Below are positions 60,044 through 64,000 of a stretch of DNA of 64,000 bases, in pieces. The stretch lies in assembly GCA_003971905.1 (NCBI GenBank), contig RSEE01000001.1:868001-932000 (forward strand), written 5' to 3'. The first letter of the stretch is position 1, and each line of letters begins with the position of its first letter. The notes below the pieces were generated by a model. That model searched no databases and was not told where the DNA came from. It was given only the letters and a program-made list of their open reading frames with translations. The position numbers were made by a program, and so were the translations under genes. The DNA comes from Moniliella sp. 'wahieum'. Its lineage: Eukaryota.

Positions 60044-62716
60044 ATGTTGGACCAGCAGCGCACTCGAAGCGTACCCAAGACCTCTTGGGATTGAGCCCCA
60101 GCCTCAGCATTTGGCGTTCCTTGCCCAGCCCCAGCCCATCGACATCCACGTCATTTCCAGTGACGAAGCCTCTGACTCTGAGGACAGCCACGATTGGCCG
60201 GCCCATATTCCCTACCCGGCCTCCAGCACCTGCGTCCGTGAGCTCCAGCGTTGCGGACGATGACCTACCTGAGGAAATCGGAACGAAGAACGAGTGTACC
60301 TGGACGCATGCGGTCCATCATACTATGAAGAGTTCCCCTCTCACCGATCCAAAGCAGTTGGGGACCCCAGCCGCCACACACTGGACTCTCGACCGAATCA
60401 CATCAAGGGAATGAACAAACGAGACCCAAGCCCCGACGGTATTTTTACAGGAAGAGGCCGAGACGCAAGAGGAAGAAGGACCCTGGTTTGCTCATGATGC
60501 ATTCTTTCGACCCGCCCCTTCTCCGTTCCATTGCCCTGCCCTGCCTGTCCTGAACGATTCGCCTCAACCCGATTCACCTCACAGGGCCGATTGGAACGAT
60601 TGGGACAAGCAGAACCTTGATTCAGACATCTGGAACGTGAAAGAGGAGCAGTTTGTTTTTGGTGAACCGAATACGGAGTCCAACGAGTCGGAAGGTGAGG
60701 CCGAATTGGGTGCTAAGGGCATGTGCATTTTTGGAGGCGGAGACGTCTTCAACCCAAGGGGACGCTAGTCTCCACCAGACCACCCTCGAGCGTTGGGGTT
60801 CGTACACTAATAAGACACAAGGCCCTTTCCAACCCCCATCGCCACGAAAAAAGGGTCCGACCAAGCCGCTGAGCGACACTCTTACTGCAGCGACGAAGCC
60901 TGGTGGCGAAGACGCAGTTGAGTCGCGCTGCCGATCTGCAATAATACTTGAGACCAAGTATCCGTCGATTGTTAAGGGAACGGCACTTGGCTCGGATGCC
61001 AGCGTAGAGTGGAAGAGTACATCGTGTCTGGTACTTCGCTTTAGCGATGGCGGCCTGAGCGACTTGGACAAGAATGAAGATGATAATCTTAAAAGTGAAT
61101 CCAAGTTGCTTGAACCCGTCGCGAGGACTCCTGTGATGACCAAGGGCTGGTGTCCCCCGGATTGGGGGAGGAGACACCACTTTTACCGCCTTCACGGTGC
61201 GTTAGGAAGGCCGCCGACGGCAAAAACTGGGTAGAAGAGATGAGGCTGCCCTTGCCTCGAATCACGACCGCGGACAATGTCCTTACGACGACGCTGGCCC
61301 AGATTGTTCTCGGCCGCAATCGGGTCGAGGTGCAAGTAGCGATTGTAGCCCGGCGGAAGGGGGGTTCTGCAAAGACTTTGTGGACCTTCCCACATGTCCG
61401 ATCGTTTGGGGCCCTGGTACCTTTGGCCAAGAGTGGAAACCAGGGCAGAAGTTTCTGGATTGTGCGCTGTGTTCGTGGGTGATGTTGGGACTGTTCACCT
61501 TTGATGGCTCTTCAGCTGCAACCAGGTCGCGAGTGGTGTCAGGCCACCACGTCCGCTTGGATATGTCATCGGAGAAGGTGAAAGCGACCGACCTAGGTTC
61601 TACGCATGGGACACACATTATTAACGGTACCAGCAGCACGCCCCAACCCCAAGAGTTCGTCGGATTGGGCACCGGTAAAGACTGCATCTGTCGTGCTCGG
61701 CCGACACCGCAAATCGCGTGAGATGGGGACGGTTCATCGTCGGGTCGAAGTCTCCGTAAGCCCCTCCCCCTCCTCTCTCCTAATAGTGGCACTGGACATG
61801 ACCGATTGACTTGCTCCCCATCTTGCTTTTCTTGTTTTGCAGATTACATTGGAATTGGAGCCTGCTGCGCCGTCGTTCAGGTTGCCCGCCACCAGAAACG
61901 GCATGCCCAGTACGCACCAGCACCGGCCCCATCGTTTGGCAGATCGCCATCGACGCATGCTTTGGCGTGACTGGGGCCGGTCACGGCAAGGAACGGCACC
62001 TGCTGGCCTCGGGCGCCCTGGTTGTCGTCGGGCGCTACGCCCCCCCTTGTTCAGCCGACTGGCCACTAACCCAGTCGCCGCTACCACCAGATTCACTAGT
62101 TGGCCAAAGCTTCCCGCACCCCCTCGACCTCAATTCTGGCACGCTGCGAGCCGAACCTGACTCGGCTTCCCCCACTGCTTCCACCCCTTTCCGTGGCGCC
62201 CATGGCTCATGACGGCCTAGGTGCTAATGCCAAGGAACCGAAAGCAACGGACAAGGAATCACCCGTTCCAGGCCCCGGTTCGGAGGACATCGACCCGACC
62301 CCAACTGTCGTGGAAGTACAGGCTGAGGAGGACCCTTCTTCTGAACCGGAAGCTGATGTCACGGTCACGGTTGCCCATGAATCCGAGCCACCTGACGATC
62401 TCGAGGAAATCCCTACCGTGGCTGATGAGACGGATCTCTGTTGCGGGCCGACGGAACACGAACCCGCAGAGGAGGCGGACGTGACACTTGTCTCTCCTCC
62501 CTCTATGCCGGTTGTTCAATCGGAGGAACTGAGTTTGAAACGCAAGCGCACCATCGATCCTGAAGACGATCAAGACGAAGAGCAAGAGGGCCGCAGCAGG
62601 CGCCGCCTCGGAAGCGCCTGATGCGGGACCGTGTGCATGACTGGTTGTTGGGCGGCGCGGTGGGCGCCGTGGCCACGTTTACCTCCCTTGCCGCTTTGGG
62701 AGCTAGCTTGGAGTAG
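60044..62716 (+). CDS. FHA-domain protein with acidic linker and C-terminal tail anchor (Vps64/Far9/SLMAP-like architecture); the 5' half may be the same gene or a separate one
   Basis: FHA-like SRVVSGHHVRL..ATDLGSTHGTHIING at ~61500-61630; terminal LKRKR and RRR followed by hydrophobic WLLGGAVGAVATFTSLAALGASLE*. Confidence 0.6.
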
Positions 62717-64000
62717 ATGTCAAGCACGTGGAGTAGGAAACGCTAAGCGGCCGCATTCGACCACATGGATCGAGGCTGTGGGCCTGGCTTGTTTCGACTG
62801 TTGATAAGTATCCTATACGTGGTGATCTTTTATCACTTCTCTTCATCTTGGCCATTCTCCCCTGTTCCAAGTCTTCTCCCCCCCCCTCTCCCTCCACACA
62901 CACGCATTTTTTCGGTTCTCGTTTCGTTTTCGTCCCTTGTTTCCCGGGTTTCCCCCTCATGGGAGGATTCCTTTTACTGTCTGTTTGTTCTATGAGCTCG
63001 TTGGCATATATGCTGCTGTTTATACCGATGCCCCTTTCTCGTAGAATGTTGGGTTGTGAAAAGTTGGTTGGTTGGCACTTGCATACCCTGTGCATTCCAT
63101 ATCCTTTGCCAAGATTCTAGCACTGCAGTGTAATAGGCAAAGTGACAGGGACAGGCCAACCTCGATTTGGCGCACTTTTCTATGGCGGGCGGGAGGTCGT
63201 GGGAGGGGGGAAGAGGTTATGGGGAACTATGTTGCGACGGTGACTGGCCTCACCGATCGCGGTGCACTTCCGGCCTCAATGGCCCCGATGCTCCGCACTG
63301 CAGGTTCGCGAGCTCCCAGGACTGCTCATACGCGCGTACCCGGTAAGCCAACGACTTACTAGTAGCCTTCTCCTGTAGCCCTTGTCCTGCTTCCTATACT
63401 ACCAATGCCTATCTCTCGCCCGCAATCGATCGCCTACTACTTACTGTCCTAGACGCTTCAACATCCATTGCGCTCTCCATAGTGATAGTTGTAGCGACAA
63501 TGGTGGTCTCCATAGCCGAATGCACCACGATGTCGCTACAACTATCAATACTATCGCTTGTCGCGCAGGACCCTGAATGGTTCCTGAATGGTCCTCTGCA
63601 AACCACATCATAATGACCGTCTGTGGGCAAGGCTCAAGACTATCACAGATAAAGTCTGTAATGAGAGTTGCGGGACGGAGGCTGAATGAGCCTAGTAGAG
63701 AGCGGGAAAAGAACCAAAAGCCGTTGCATCGCACTGGCGGCGATCAAGAGAGACAGAAGCAGGGAAAAATGCAGTCATAGGGATTGAGAATTGGGAAAAA
63801 AACAAAAAACATATACAACCGATAGAGGGGGGAGATCAAGACCACACCCTACACGTCGCGGGTGCCGGCGCGTGCAGCCAGCTATTTAGACAGCCCCTGC
63901 CAGGGACGAGGTGGGAGGCGTAGTGTACTGCCCCGCGTCAGGGGAAGCGTAGAGGTCCGGCACGGCCGGTACGGCAGGTACCGTGTCCGGCTGCCGCCAC

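Overview
A gene-dense, GC-rich segment of a fungal chromosome. It is a basidiomycete, probably Ustilaginomycotina; this is inferred from gene content, the few short GT..CTRAC..YAG introns and the intergenic repeat style. About 24 protein-coding loci can be supported: a DUF6533-like membrane protein, an SH3 protein, TAF8, a Far1-like RING-PH-vWA scaffold, alpha-tubulin, an OSH6/7-type OSBP, ARG4, IRC3, RPF2, a bHLH factor, ATG15, CDC42, HIS1, a PPxY single-pass protein, PRCC, DMA1, BLCAP/Bc10, a P450, SARAF, SSH4, GST-kappa, APS2, an FHA tail-anchored protein and one hypothetical gene. There are also two intron-containing tRNAs and a decayed CAP/PR-1 gene. Most genes, including essential ones, carry 1-nt deletions, so the assembly looks like unpolished long-read sequence and many CDS ends are approximate. 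No intact mobile element, rRNA or CRISPR was seen. The most striking unexplained signal is a shared intergenic pattern: T-N-A trinucleotides (mostly TGA/TCA) repeated every 7 nt and separated by 4-bp palindromes of varying sequence. It occurs as tandem arrays and as single 10-mers about 110-220 bp upstream of many start codons.
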